From positions 8,680,001 through 8,744,000 of the forward strand of contig OX597830.1 in assembly GCA_951406725.2 (NCBI GenBank): a DNA stretch of 64,000 nt, read 5' to 3'. Both the position numbers and the translations under genes were made by a program. Of the stretch, positions 1-12,885 are shown one piece after another; position 1 is the first letter of the stretch, and each line of letters begins with the position of its first letter. The notes beneath the pieces were generated by a model that saw only the letters and a program-made list of their open reading frames with translations, was not told the DNA's origin and did not search any database. This stretch comes from Octopus vulgaris (lineage: Eukaryota).

Positions 1-210
1 CGTGGTCTTTTCCGTAGGCTTTTCTTTCCCTTTACACTTTACATCATGACATTTCTGTGATACACGATCCCTATTGACCGTTTCCCCCCTCCTTTTTACG
101 ATCCCTTTTGATCGAAAACCTACCCCACCCTTTTTTTGTCTCTAAAAAGAAAAGCTCTACTTTGTAATTTGTCCTCTTCGTGTTCAGCCCTGTGTGGCTA
201 ATAAAGAAAC
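1..210 (+). mobile_element. 3' UTR/tail of a LINE-like element, truncated by the window start
   Basis: Ends in tttgtcctcttcgtgttcagccctgtgtggctaataaagaaac then a (TATC)n run; this end resembles tail A of SINE family M (tttgtcccctctatgtttagcccttgtgggtaataaagaaac, ~27964-28005) but the upstream sequence is not SINE. Confidence 0.4.
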
Positions 211-211
211 A

Positions 212-286
<75 letters not shown>

Positions 287-325
287 ATATCTATCTATCT
301 ATCTATCTACCTATCTATCTATCTT
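211..325. repeat. (TATC)n microsatellite
   Basis: Seen directly; produces the YLSI ORFs. Confidence 0.95.
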
Positions 326-426
326 ACTGTCTGTCTATCTCATGAGCCAGAAACATCGATGTCTGGGATTCCTGATAGATGGCGACACTGAACAGATATG
401 GTGTTTTTTCACTTTTTTTAACAAAA

Positions 427-544
427 TTACGGCCATATCACGTTGAAAGCACCGGTTCTCGTCCGATCACCGAAGTTAAGCAATATCGAGCCTAGTTAGT
501 ACTTAGATGGGTGACCGCTTGGGAAACTTAGGTGCTGTAAGCCT
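427..544 (+). rRNA. 5S rRNA: 5S rRNA gene copy, probably a pseudogene or retrocopy
   Basis: ttacggccatatcacgttgaaagcaccggttctcgtccgatcaccgaagttaagcaa...gatgggtgaccgcttgggaa...ggtgctgtaagcc matches metazoan 5S over its full length, including box A and box C regions; the first two nt (GC) are missing and a few positions deviate; a T5 run follows at 548-552. Confidence 0.88.
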
Positions 545-557
545 TCCTTTTTACAGC

Positions 558-596
558 GATGGTGCCCCAGCATGGCCACGGCCTTCGGGCTAAAAC
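558..596 (+). mobile_element. CR1-type LINE 3' tail motif directly after the 5S copy
   Basis: gatggtgccccagcatggccacggcc matches the tail on CR1 ORF2 remnants (57191-57215 minus; 27700-27720 plus) and the end of SINE family C. Confidence 0.7.
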
Positions 597-1032
597 ATTT
601 TTGAGGATTTTAAGGATAAGAGAAATATTTTCGCCACTTAAACTGCAGTGAATTTGGCTTTTAGTGGTTGAAATATGTCACAAACACATTTTAACTAACC
701 TAACTTTGCTGATGCCTAATCACTGCTTGGCGCTGATATTTCAGCAATAAATATATGAATAAATATGCATGCGCGCGCGCATATACACACACAAACATGT
801 GAGTTGGTCTAGGCAAACACTATCTGAGAGAGATCTTCTTTAAGTATTAGAAATAGCTGAAGAAATTTCTTTAGCTGCTATTTCTAATGAGTTCAGTATG
901 TGGCAAAGTAATTTATTTTACTAAGCCCTTATATATAATGTAATATTTTGAATTCGCCTAAAATGGTCCCTTTACATACTGAATACTTGGTGAAATTGAT
1001 TAATAATTAATTAATTTTACCCTCAATTGTTG

Positions 1033-1084
<52 letters not shown>

Positions 1085-1090
<6 letters not shown>

Positions 1091-1362
1091 ATCACGTGAC
1101 CGACCAGTCCATCAGATGTAGTTACACATCGCTGGTCACAATGCGTTCGCATTGTTTTAGCCTTCGAATGACGCCACCCCGCTGGCTAAGCGAGCAGGCC
1201 AACAGAAGAATGAGTGGTGAAAGAGTACAGCAGGGATCGCCACCACCCACTGCCGGAGCCTCGTGGAGCTTTTAGGTGTTTTCGCTCAATAAACACTCAC
1301 AACGCCCGGTCTGGGAATCGAAACCGCGATCCTACAACCGCGAGTCCGCTGCCCTAACCACT
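1085..1362 (-). mobile_element. tRNA-headed SINE, head H1 + tail T1
   Basis: Minus strand reads cagtggttagggcagcggactcgcggttgtaggatcgcggtttcgattcccagacc (A/B boxes); same head at ~19380-19457, 30134 and 44752. Confidence 0.85.
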
Positions 1363-1432
1363 GATAGATAGATATACATATGATATACACACACACACCT
1401 ATTTATATATATATATATAGATAAATAAATGT

Positions 1433-1475
<43 letters not shown>

Positions 1476-1653
1476 CATACACACACATAAATATATGTGT
1501 GTGTGTGTATCTGTCTGTCCGTCTGTGTATCTATCTATCAATGTATATATTTGTCTGTCCGAATGAGAATGTCCATCAGCATGTCTGTCCGTCTGTCTAT
1601 TTTTCACTGTTATTGTGTGTGCTTACGTATACACACACAGGCGCACGCGTACT

Positions 1654-1689
<36 letters not shown>

Positions 1690-1772
1690 CGCTCAAGCAC
1701 ATAGAGACAGACAAATGTATACAGCAACATGCACCAACACATGTTCCAATATACGCCAGCAACTCTCTCTCA

Positions 1773-1809
<37 letters not shown>

Positions 1810-2255
1810 GTCCTTCTTCAATTTCCACCACCCCTGTTCCTTCTCCTCCGTCTACTCCCCATCATACTCCCCCCCACCCATTGATTAAACACTTCTCACG
1901 TCTGTTGGTCAAGATGGCCAAGATCATTTTAATGTGTTACTGGATTACTCTTTCTCCCTCTCTATCTCTCTCCTCTTCTCTCTCTCCCCCTTCCCTCTTC
2001 AACTACAAAGACTGTGTGTAAAATAAGTTTTTTTTTTTTGAAAAGTTCATTTTGTGCGATGGTCACTTTTGGAAGTAAGATGAATAATTTTTTTAAGTGT
2101 TGTGTGTCAGCTAAGACGTTTGTGTTGAAGACGGTTTTGTGTGTTCGTCAATTGTTTAAAAGTAGAGAACAGCTTTTTTTAATTGTGTAAGACAGCTTCG
2201 GCAGTGGTGGTCGTGGGATGCGAGTAGTATTTGTTGGGAGGTTGCAATAGTAATA

Positions 2256-2492
2256 GTGGTGGTGGTGATGGTGGAGTTAGTAGTAGTATTAGTAGTAGTA
2301 GTAGTGGTTGCGGTGGTGATGGTGGTGGTGGTGGTGGTTGTAGTAGTAGTAGTAGTAGTAGTGGTGGTAGTGGAATTGGTGGTGGTGGTAGTAGGAGCAG
2401 CAGTAGTAGTATTTAGTGGTTTTGATGATAGTGGTAGTAGTAATAGTAGAAGTAGTAACAGGGATGGTGGTGGTGGTGGTGGTAGTAGTAGC

Positions 2493-2524
<32 letters not shown>

Positions 2525-3830
2525 CGGCGGCGCGGTGGTGGTGGTGGTGGTGGTGCTGCTGCTGCTGCTGCAGGAGTGTCGGTGATGATGATGTAGTAGT
2601 TATAATTAGCGGTGATGTGATGGTAGCCAAATGCTAGAAATGGTGATGCTGGTGGTTGTAATGGTGGCGATGCTGGTGACGATGGCGGGGCGGAGTTGCG
2701 TCAATAATGCTTTGCAGGCTTGGAATATAAATAGATACAGGAGATGATGATGATTATGATGATGATGATGATGGTTGTGATGGTGGTAGTAATGGTGGTG
2801 GAGTGGTATCAGTGGTATAAGGCAGTGGTGGAGTTCTAAGTAAATAAATACAAGATGATGGTGGTAGTGGTGGTGGTAGTGGTGGCAGTGGTGTTGGTGC
2901 TGGTGGTAGTGGTGGTGGTGGTGGTGGTGGTGGTGGTAGTGTTGGTGGTAGTGGTGGTGGTGGTGGTGGTGGTGGTAGTGGTGGTGGTGGTAGTAGTGGT
3001 GGTGGTGGTGTTGGTGTTGGTGGTAGTGGTGGTGGTGGAAGTGGTGGTGGTGGTGCTGGTGGTAGTGGTGGTGGTGGAAGTGGTGCTGGTGGTGCTGGTG
3101 GTAGTGGTGGTGGTGGTGGTAGTGGTGGTGGTGGTAGTGGTGGCAGTGGTGTTGGTGGTGGTGGTGGTGGTGGTGGTGGTGGAAGTGGTGGTGGTGGTGG
3201 TGGTGGTGGTGGTGGTGGTAGTGGTGGTGGTAGTGGTGGTGGTGGTGGTGGTGGTGGTGGTGGTGTGGTGGAAGTGGTGTTGTGTGTGTGGTGGTAGTGG
3301 TGGTGGTGGTGGAAGTGGTGGTGGTGGTGGTGGTGGTGGTGGTGGTGGTGGTGGTGGTGGTGGTGGTGGTGGTAGTGGTGGTGGTGGCAGTGGTGGTGGT
3401 GGTGGTGTTGGTGGTAGTGGTGGTGGTGGTGGTGGCAGTGGTGGTGGTGGTGGTGGTGGTGGTGGTGGTGGTGGTGGTGGTGGTGGCAGTGGTGGTGGTG
3501 GTAGTGGTGCTGGTGGTAGTGGTGGTGGTGGTGGTGGTGGTGGTGGTGGTGGTGGTGGTGGTGGTGGTGGTGGTGGTGGTGGTGGCGTTGGTGTTGGTGG
3601 TGGTGGTGGTGGTGGTGGTGGTGGTGGTGGTGGTGGTGGTGGTAGTGGTGGTGTTGGTGGTGGTGGTGGTGGTGGTGGTGGTGGTGGTGGTGGTGGTGGT
3701 GTGTGGTGGTGGTGGTGGTGGTGGTGGTGGTGGTGGTGGTGGTGGTGGTGGCAGTGGTGGTGGTGGTAGTGGTGGTGGTGGTGGTGGTGGTAGTGGTGGT
3801 GGTGGTAGTAATGGTGGTGGTGGTGGTGGC
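2256..3830. repeat. Long (GGT)n/(AGT)n trinucleotide array
   Basis: Seen directly; nearly pure GGT from ~2857 to 3830. Confidence 0.95.
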
Positions 3831-4318
3831 TGAACGGGGCAGTTACATGTCATTAGTGAAATACATTGACACTTCTTCGGAAGAAAACATTCACTTTACA
3901 CCTAATCCACAATTAACATATAATTAATGTATTAATTGATATATAATTGGGACTTCACTTCTGTGTATATACTCCGAGTGTAATTCGTCAAATATGGCGG
4001 AAAAAGGAAAAAGATTTTCGCTGAAAACGACTTCGCTTCACACTTTGATATTTCTCGCCAGTCTTTGTCTTCGTCGCTCGTAACAAGCATTAAATTCTTT
4101 ATCGCTTTTAATTTAATTAGGGAGAAGTTATCTGCGTCAAGATTACTTTGTTGAATACATTAACATAATTAATTTGTTATCTTTAAATATCATTTATAAT
4201 TCATCATTATGATATATATATATATAGATTTCATTTGAATTCATCGCTTCCTTTGAGAGGCTTGACATCAACGTGGCTGTAAAACGACTTCCTACTCTGG
4301 TATATATATATATATATA

Positions 4319-4689
<371 letters not shown>

Positions 4690-4699
4690 ATGTGTATAT

Positions 4700-4920
4700 A
4701 GGGGAAGAATTCACAAAAAAACGAAAGACGAAGACTGGTTTGTGTAGACAACAAACAGATGTATTAGCATAACGCTCGGGAAGTGAAAATGTCTTTAACG
4801 TTTCGAGCCTACGCGCTTCCACAGAAAGGAACACAGAAAGACACATGGAGAGAAAGTAAAGAATGTGTAGTGGCTAGCGATCTATCATGGCGAATGCCGG
4901 ACAGAAGGGTCACACAGGAG
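4700..4920 (-). mobile_element. Second P1 island with hammerhead-like motif at 4792-4828
   Basis: Minus strand: cttt CTGTGGA a gcgc gtag gctc GAAA cgtt aaag; homologous to 4319-4548. Confidence 0.6.
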
Positions 4921-4956
<36 letters not shown>

Positions 4957-5214
4957 GAATTCCTCACTCCCTTCCTTCTCCCTCTCTGCCTTATGACTAT
5001 TTTTTTACGGCAGCTGCGATATATATAGGGAAAACGTTCACCACTCATATTTTGAAATGTCGACTGGTAGAGTTGGTATAATGTAATGGTTATCTTAAGT
5101 AACTACTCGAAACGTACGCATTAAATACATTCAAAATATCAACTTTACGTTTCGTGATTATTCTGACACAAATACACACACACGCACACACACACACAGA
5201 CACACACACACACA

Positions 5215-5250
<36 letters not shown>

Positions 5251-5556
5251 CGCTTATTTTTCATTAAAGACACGACTGTGTTTCAGACTATACAGAACAT
5301 GGAAAGAAATACTAATAAGGTATGTATACTAAAATCGTGAAGCATGTTACGTAATAACAGGCTAATCAGATATGAGATGATAACAATTCAAAGTAAATAA
5401 CTCTGAAAAGGGCTTTTGTGTGTTCACAGAGAATATTACCCTCAGGGGCGCTAGTGTTGGTATATTCGAGCGTAAGTCACTAACCAAAATAAGTGTATCT
5501 ATTGTTTAGGAAAATACTATTTACTTGTTTAAGGGCTGTACTGGATAAATTTGGTG

Positions 5557-5654
5557 GGGGACAAAAACACACACACACACATGCACATATACGACGGGCT
5601 TGTTTCAGTTTCCGTCTACCAGATCCATTCACAAGGGTTTGGTCGATCCGAATC

Positions 5655-5728
<74 letters not shown>

Positions 5729-5868
5729 ATACATACACACACACCCAAATCCATTCCCTAAGCTTTGCTCGGCCTCGGTGGGTATAGAGTAGAAGGCAAT
5801 GGTGCAAGGTGCCACGCGGTGGGATTGAAACTAAGAGCAGATGGTTGGGAAGCGAGTTTCTTAACTCA
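5557..5868 (-). mobile_element. Degenerate SINE family C, interrupted by (TA)n
   Basis: cgacgggcttgtttcagtttccgtctacc and caaggtgccacgcggtgggattgaa match family C. Confidence 0.65.
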
Positions 5869-6095
5869 TAAATACTTATAATGCAAGTACAACAACAATC
5901 ATCATCATCATCATCGTCGTCGTCGTCGTCGTCGTCATCATCGTGGTCATCATCTATTCTTTATATAGAGGTGAAACTTCACTTGTACATTAACGATAAC
6001 AATAAGAAAACTATCACCACTGCACACTACCACCAACGCCACTACCAACGTCACCACAACACCTCTTATACCCTCACACCACCACCACCACCACA

Positions 6096-6128
<33 letters not shown>

Positions 6129-6420
6129 ATTGCCGTCGCCGCCACCGTTGTTGTCCATATTTTTCTCAGAACAGAAAACAAAGCAACGATGTCCGCTGCA
6201 AGCAATGTGTGTGTGTGTGTGCAGAGTGTGTGCATATGTGTGTGCGTGTTTGTGTATACTTTCTTGTGTGTATACGTGTGTGTGTTTGTGTGTATTTTCG
6301 CTTGTGTATATGTTTGTGTATGTTTGTGTATACTTTTGTGCCTGTATGTGTGTATGTATATGTTTGTGTGTATTTTCGCATGTGTATATGCGTGTATTAC
6401 TCTCATCTACGCGTATAAGT

Positions 6421-6461
<41 letters not shown>

Positions 6462-7151
6462 CAGACTCATAGAGCACAACATCATAACATAAATAATACA
6501 TATACATATGTATATATATATATATATATATACATGCATGTGTGTATGTATATATATTTATATGTTTATGTGTGTGAGTATATATATACACACACATACA
6601 CATGCTTGTCTGTGTGTATGCATATAGACGTATGTATATGTGTTCATGTATTTCATGTGTACGTATGTGTGTCTATGTGTACCGCTGTATTTGCTTGCCT
6701 CTGAGCGTACATGTGTGTGAATATGTATATATATATATATATACATACATATATATATATACATATGTATGTATGTATGCGTATTTTAGTGTGTGTGTAT
6801 GCATGTGTGTGTGCTCGTATGAGCCTGTGTGTGCATGCATACGTGTGTGCTTGCACGCGTGTGTGCACGTACGTGCGCGTGTGTTCCCTGAGACATGAAG
6901 AGATTTCTATCTTGTGTTGTGTAACTTTGTCAAGCTACCGTTATTAACACCTCAGCAATGGGGATCACACCTCCGATCCTTGCCCTGCCCTCGCCAACCA
7001 CCTCCCACCTACCGCCTTACAAACCCTTCTATCTCCCACCACTCTCACTCACCCCTCTCACCATTTTTTAACAACTTCAGCTCTTCCCCCTTCTCCCACT
7101 CTTACCATTTGCACTCACAGAGAGTGTTTTAAAGTATAACATCAGCAGAAG

Positions 7152-7185
<34 letters not shown>

Positions 7186-7284
7186 GCAGATACTTGCATA
7201 CACTGCACACATACGCATACAAGCACGCGCATAGTTAGTGATACAAATAGAAAATTTCTTCACGCATATATATATATATATATA

Positions 7285-7353
<69 letters not shown>

Positions 7354-7498
7354 CTATGTATATATAAGTTCAGCAAAAATTTAGATTCAAATGAATATGG
7401 TACTTAATTTAGATGCACCAGAATTCTGTATGGTGTTATCCATATAAATCCATGGGGTGATTATAATCAAAATAAGCATCGAGAATAACACACATATA

Positions 7499-7505
<7 letters not shown>

Positions 7506-7534
<29 letters not shown>

Positions 7535-7856
7535 TGTATGTATGTATGTATGAATGTATGTATGTATGTATGTATGTATGTATGTATGTATGTATGTATG
7601 TATGTATGTATGTATGTATGTATGTATGTATGTATGTATGTATGTATGTATGTATGTATGTATGTATGTATGAATGTATGTATGGATGTATGAATGTATG
7701 TATGTATGAATGTATGTATGTATGAATGTATGTATGTATGAATGTATGTATGTATGTATGAATGTATGTATGTATGTATGTATGTATGTATGTATGTATG
7801 TGTGTATGTGTGTATGTGTGTATGTATGTATGTATGTATGTATGTATGTATGTATC
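7506..7856. repeat. (ATGT)n microsatellite
   Basis: Seen directly. Confidence 0.95.
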
Positions 7857-8260
7857 ATAGGTATTGCGAATTGACAGAAACTTAATCTAAGCGTGTAAGT
7901 ATTTATTAGCATCAAAAACTATTCGTTATCAGCTCTTACTAAAAAAAAATTGTCTTTGTGGCATTGTTATCGGACATAAAGTTAATATATTACACCGAAA
8001 AGGATGCAACAGCTCGCGTTGCTTCCCTTGCACAGCTTTTTATTTTCGTGTCGTCTGCCACTGCTTGTTGTTCCATGCTAATTGCGACAATAAAAGTCTG
8101 AAGCCTATGATGTCATATAGTTTATATTAACTTTACAGAACATTAGAAGAACGATCTTATGAAAAATAAATAATAGTTTCAATTTTGTTTCTATAATTTT
8201 TAAAGGAAGCACTGCTCCCCTTGCTTCCATGAACCTCACGGCTATATGTACATACATGAT

Positions 8261-8362
<102 letters not shown>

Positions 8363-8598
8363 GTATATATAATACATACATATATATATATATATTTATA
8401 TATATTTATATATGTATATATATATATATATTTATATATATTTATATATATATTTATATATTATATATATATATATATTTATATATATATGTATATATAT
8501 AGTTCAAACAAGAACAAGCGAGAAAAAACAGCAACGCGAGGACGTGGTACAAGTACTGTTTTATTGGACGCTCAGGAAAGAAAAGAAAAGAAAGTGGA

Positions 8599-8631
8599 TT
8601 TTACGTTTCGAGCGGAGCTCTTCATCAGAAA
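8599..8631 (-). ncRNA. Minimal type I hammerhead ribozyme with canonical core, in island 8502-8696
   Basis: Minus strand: ttt CTGATGA a gagc tcc gctc GAAA cg ta aaa; intact CUGAUGA and GAAA boxes, GUA cleavage triplet, palindromic ACGU stem III as in Penelope-type hammerheads. Confidence 0.7.
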
Positions 8632-8693
8632 TATAAAAAAAAGTCCAAAGAAGGGAAGACAGTAAAGGAAACTCACCAACGATACACACGCGG

Positions 8694-8734
<41 letters not shown>

Positions 8735-8810
8735 ATATATAATATATATATGCATATATACATACATATATGTACATACATACATACATACATACATACA
8801 TACATTTTTT

Positions 8811-9186
8811 TTTACTTGTTTCACTCATTTGACTGCGGCTATGCTGGAGCACCGCCTTTAGTCGAGCAAATCGACCCCGGGACTCATTCTTTGTAAGCCC
8901 AGTACTTATTCTATCGGTCTCTTTTGCCGAACCGCTAAGTAACGGGGACGTAAACACACCAGCATCGGTTGTCAAGTAATGCTAGGGGGACAAACATAGA
9001 CACACAAACACATACATACATATATATAACAGGCTTCTTTCAGTTTCCGTCTACCAAATCCACTCACAAGGCTTTGGTCGGCCCGGGGGTATAGCAGAAG
9101 ACACTTGCCCAAGATGTCACGCAGTGGGACTGAACCTGGAACCATGTGGTTGGTTAGCAAGCTACTTACCACACAGCCACTCCTGC
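8811..9186 (-). mobile_element. Full-length SINE family C (tRNA-like head, internal microsatellite, CR1-type tail)
   Basis: Minus strand gcaggagtggctgtgtggtaagtagcttgc...ggttcagtcccactgcg...cttgggcaagtgtcttc...ggcggtgctccagcat; several further copies in the window. Confidence 0.9.
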
Positions 9187-9321
9187 ATATATATGCATAT
9201 ATGGGTTCAGGACGTCACAAAACGTAAACAATATGAAATACGAATTTGGGATCAAGGAAGAAAGCAGAGATTAAGAAAACCAAACATGTATCAATAAACG
9301 ATTTTGGTTAATTATATCCAT

Positions 9322-10218
9322 AGCAAGTCTCTATATTTCTCTCATCAGAGTTACTAGATTCACAAAGTTGAAACTTTAAAAGAAATGGTAGGTTGGATGA
9401 TTTTCAAAAACCGAATGTTTAATTAGACCATTCTCTTCTCCCCTTCTCCCTCCAGGTAAGAAACCTTCCTAAGTTATTTTTTAGCATTATCGATAAGAAC
9501 TTCCCACCAGGTCATAAATACCATTCTATATTTAATAGATCCTGCCTTAAATTATCTTATTCTACCACACCCAATCTTGGATCCATTATAGCAGCCAATA
9601 ATAGACGTAAACTTAGAAATAACAAAACCATAAGAGATAACCTAGCTGACCCTAACGCGAAGAACAATAATAAGGAGTTGGATATTAAAAATAGTAAGAC
9701 TAAACCCAGAAACAAAATAAAAAAACAATTGTCGTAATAGGGAACTTTGTCCCCTTAAAGGTTTCTGTTTAAGGAGAAATATCGTTTATAAAGTTGTAGT
9801 CTCAACCTTAAATGAACCTAAAAAGATTTACATAGGTAGTACAGTTGACTTTAAAAGTAGATATAGGGCGCATATAAACATTATCTCTAACCACGAAACA
9901 AAAAATTCAACCACACTAGTAACTTACATTAATAAATTAAAAATGAACAACAAAGAATTCAGTCTGAATTGGTCTATAATAAGGGAAGCCGCACCATATA
10001 TTACACACACGAAGAATTGCGATTTATGCACGAAGTGAGGCGATCCACGGAATCCGAGCCAACAAAAATTGTTTACTCAATAATTTACTAATAAGATTTC
10101 TGACGTTACAATTACTTGTAGACATATCTTTCAACGTTCAAATTTTTCACCAAAAATAATGAAGCAGTAGGATCCTAATCTACCCTTCCTTCATATTATG
10201 GACTCTTCTCTAAAACTT

Positions 10219-10254
<36 letters not shown>

Positions 10255-10930
10255 CATCGTAATGCACTTTAGCCTGTAATAAAAATAATTTTAAATGATT
10301 TTGAAATCATCTGCTTGAAGAGAATGATCCAATTAAACATTCGGTTTTAAAAACCATCTAACCTACCATTTCTTTGAAAGTTTTAATTTTGTGACTCTAT
10401 TAACTCTGGTGAGAGAAACATAGAGACTTGCTGTGGTTGGAGTTAGCTCACCCATAAGCAATCTATATCTTTTCAAAACGGCCGTAAGATTTTATACATG
10501 TTTTGGACTCCTTATGAATCATCTTACACTCGCATTTTTATCCACCTTCTTCATTGAATCAAATTCAAACATTCGGACTTCACAGGTACATTTATGGATT
10601 TATATTTTTATATATTTATATTTATGAATTTTTATGTGTTTATCAAATTTTATATATTTCTAAATTTTTATATATTTCTAAATTTTTATATATTTATAAA
10701 TTCTCGTGTATATGTATATATTTGTAAATTCTTAGAAATTTTTTATCTCATATAGATGAATGCATCTATGTACGAGTATGTATATTGTATACCATAGAGA
10801 ATTTCGTTAATATGGACTGAATGAATATATACATCAATCTTTGAATTTGTTTTCTCCTCTCCTTAATTCTATATTCCTGAAGCTCTCTATCAGAGCGATA
10901 ATTGGTTGAGCTGTATATAGTGGATATCTA
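9322..10930 (+). mobile_element. 5'-truncated Penelope-like retroelement with an inverted terminal segment
   Basis: Coding remnant 9460-10180; 9322-9438 is the reverse complement of ~10318-10432; hammerhead-like remnants near 10475-10490 (aaacggccgta) and 10876-10905. Confidence 0.75.
9460..10180 (+). pseudogene. Penelope-like RT C-terminus plus GIY-YIG endonuclease remnant
   Basis: Manual translation: FFSIIDKNFPPGHKYHSIFNRSCLKLSYSTTPNLGSIIAANN... then NCRNRELCPLKGFCLRRNIVYK...KIYIGSTVDFKSRYRAH...LNWSIIREAAPY...CDLC; frameshifts and stops present. Confidence 0.85.
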
Positions 10931-10948
10931 TATCACTTATTTCTTCAT

Positions 10949-11032
<84 letters not shown>

Positions 11033-11094
11033 ATATATATATATATGTATATATGTGTGTGTGTGTATATGTGTGTGTGTGTATATATATTTGT

Positions 11095-11290
11095 GTGTGT
11101 CTGTGTCTGTCCCCCTTCCATCGCTTGACAACCGATGTTGTGTTTACGTACCCTTTTCAGCAAAAGAGACCGATAGAATAATTAATAGGCTTACAAAGAA
11201 GAAGTCCTAAAGTCGATTTCTTCGACTAAAGGCGGCGCTCCAGCATGGCCGCAGTCAAATGACTGAAACAAGTAAATGAATAAAAGAATA
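11095..11290 (+). mobile_element. SINE family C, 3' half
   Basis: gcttgacaaccgatg...ggcggcgctccagcatggccgcagtcaaatgactgaaac. Confidence 0.85.
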
Positions 11291-11385
11291 TGTATGTATA
11301 CGTATAAAAACAAAAATAAGATAGAGAGACTCACATCTTTACTTATAGAATACACCTCACAAACCCAACAATTGTTTCCGTTGTA

Positions 11386-11618
11386 TTAACATATTTTGAT
11401 ACAGGAAATATTATTGACATTAATATTTCCGAAAATGCATGTTGACACAATGTTTTCAAAATGATCCAAAATTAGTTGAATTCAAAGTAAACTAAAGAAA
11501 TATTTCGTAAGTTCTCTTTGATTTTTACTAATTTTGGGTCGTCTTAAAAACTTTTGTGTTGACATATATTTCTGGAGATATTAATTTCAATGATATTTTC
11601 TGTATCCAAACATGTTAA
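11386..11618. repeat. Old AT-rich fold-back (MITE-like) with ~105-bp imperfect arms
   Basis: ttaacatattttgatacaggaaatattattgac... pairs with ...ttcaatgatattttctgtatccaaacatgttaa. Confidence 0.7.
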
Positions 11619-11624
11619 CAGATA

Positions 11625-11830
11625 TTCTTTTCTACTCTAGGCACAAGGCCCGAAATTTTTGAGGAGGGGGTCAATCTATTTGATCGACTCCAGTATGTAA
11701 CTGGTACTTAATTTATCTTCCCCGAAAGGATGAAAGGCAAAGTCGACCTCGGCGGAATTTGAATTCGGAACATAAAGACAGATGAAATACTGCTAAGCAT
11801 TTCGCCCGGCGTGCTAACCTTTCTGCCAGC
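11625..11830 (-). mobile_element. SINE family M with tail B
   Basis: Core gcctttcatcctttcgggg...aaattaagtacc (resembles the Meta/MESC-type SINE domain, from memory); ends ggccttgtgcctagagtagaaaag. Confidence 0.85.
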
Positions 11831-11834
11831 TTGT

Positions 11835-12183
11835 TGTAACCATTCAGATATTGTTGTGTTGAATCACAAGGAGAAGATACGTTTCTGTTGTGGAAATCAG
11901 CTGCCCACTGGACACGAATGTGGTCAGAAAAATACAAGAGAGAGACAACATCTGTGGACCATTGATGAGGAGCTTTCAAACCCAGTACTCAAGATACACT
12001 TTCAGCTTCATACTTATTATTATTCGAGCAACAGGAAGCATACAAACCCGTCTAGAGCAAAGTATGGCTGAACTTATGATCTTGAGTGAGGAATGCAAAT
12101 CCTTAATTCTTACGCTACAAATGGTTACAATATCAGGGACAATAAAAATCTGCAAGCCTTTCTTAAGATTTAAAGGATGGTGA
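11835..12183 (+). pseudogene. R4/Dong-like non-LTR retrotransposon, restriction-like endonuclease C-terminus
   Basis: Two overlapping ORFs join as DIVVLNHKEKI / EISCPLDTNVVRKIQERDNICGPLMRSFQ...FILIIIRATG...SGTIKICK, a PD-(D/E)xK RLE signature. Confidence 0.75.
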
Positions 12184-12251
12184 ACAAAACAAGATACTTT
12201 TCTTCACAATCTTGCTATCAAGTAGGTGGCCGATCAAAATCTATTCTAAAT

Positions 12252-12478
12252 TTTATTTCTTTATTGCCCACAGGGGGCTAAACAGAAAGGAGACAAACAA
12301 GGATAAAGGGACTAAGTCGATTACTATGACCCCAGAGCGTAACCAGTACTTATTTAATCGACCCGAAAAGGATGACAGGCAAAGTCGACTTTCGTGGAAT
12401 TTGAACTCAGAACGTAACGACAGACGAAATGCTGCCAAGCATTTCGCCCGGCGTGCTAACGATTCTGCCAACTCGCCT
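12252..12478 (-). mobile_element. SINE family M with tail A
   Basis: Matches the units of the 33460-35005 array. Confidence 0.85.
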
Positions 12479-12581
12479 AAATTAAAAGGAGAAAGACAAC
12501 CTACATACATACATCAAAACAGACATACATACACATATCGACATGTGTGTATCATAGATTATCCATCTATTAATGTGCAGT

Positions 12582-12885
12582 GAAGGTGCGTGGTTTAGTG
12601 GTTAGGGCAATCGGCTCACGATTGTAAGGTCGTGAGTTCAATTCCTGGCGAAGCATTGTGTTTACTTGGGCAAGACACTTTATTTTACTATATTGCTTCA
12701 GTCCACTCAGCTGGCAAAAATGAGTTTGTACCTGTATTTCAAAGGGGCCAGCCTTGTCACATTGTGTGCCATGCTGGATCTTCTTTAGAACTACGTTAAG
12801 GGTACACATGTCTGTGGAGTACTCAGCCAGTTGCACGTTAATTTCACGAGTACTCAGCCAGTTGCACGTTAATTTCACGAGCAGG
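12582..12885 (+). mobile_element. tRNA-headed SINE, head H2 + tail T2
   Basis: gaaggtgcgtggtttagtggttagggc...gagttcaattcc...ccactcagctgg...tacctgtatttcaaagg; small tandem duplication at 12819-12881. Confidence 0.85.

Noticed and set aside
427-544. Functional tandem 5S rDNA unit
   Set aside because: Single copy in the window, 5' GC missing, internal substitutions, and followed by a LINE tail.
2606-3853. 415-aa Pro/Thr/His-rich ORF resembling a mucin or extensin
   Set aside because: It is the (ACC)n microsatellite read in shifting frames, with no unique coding flanks.
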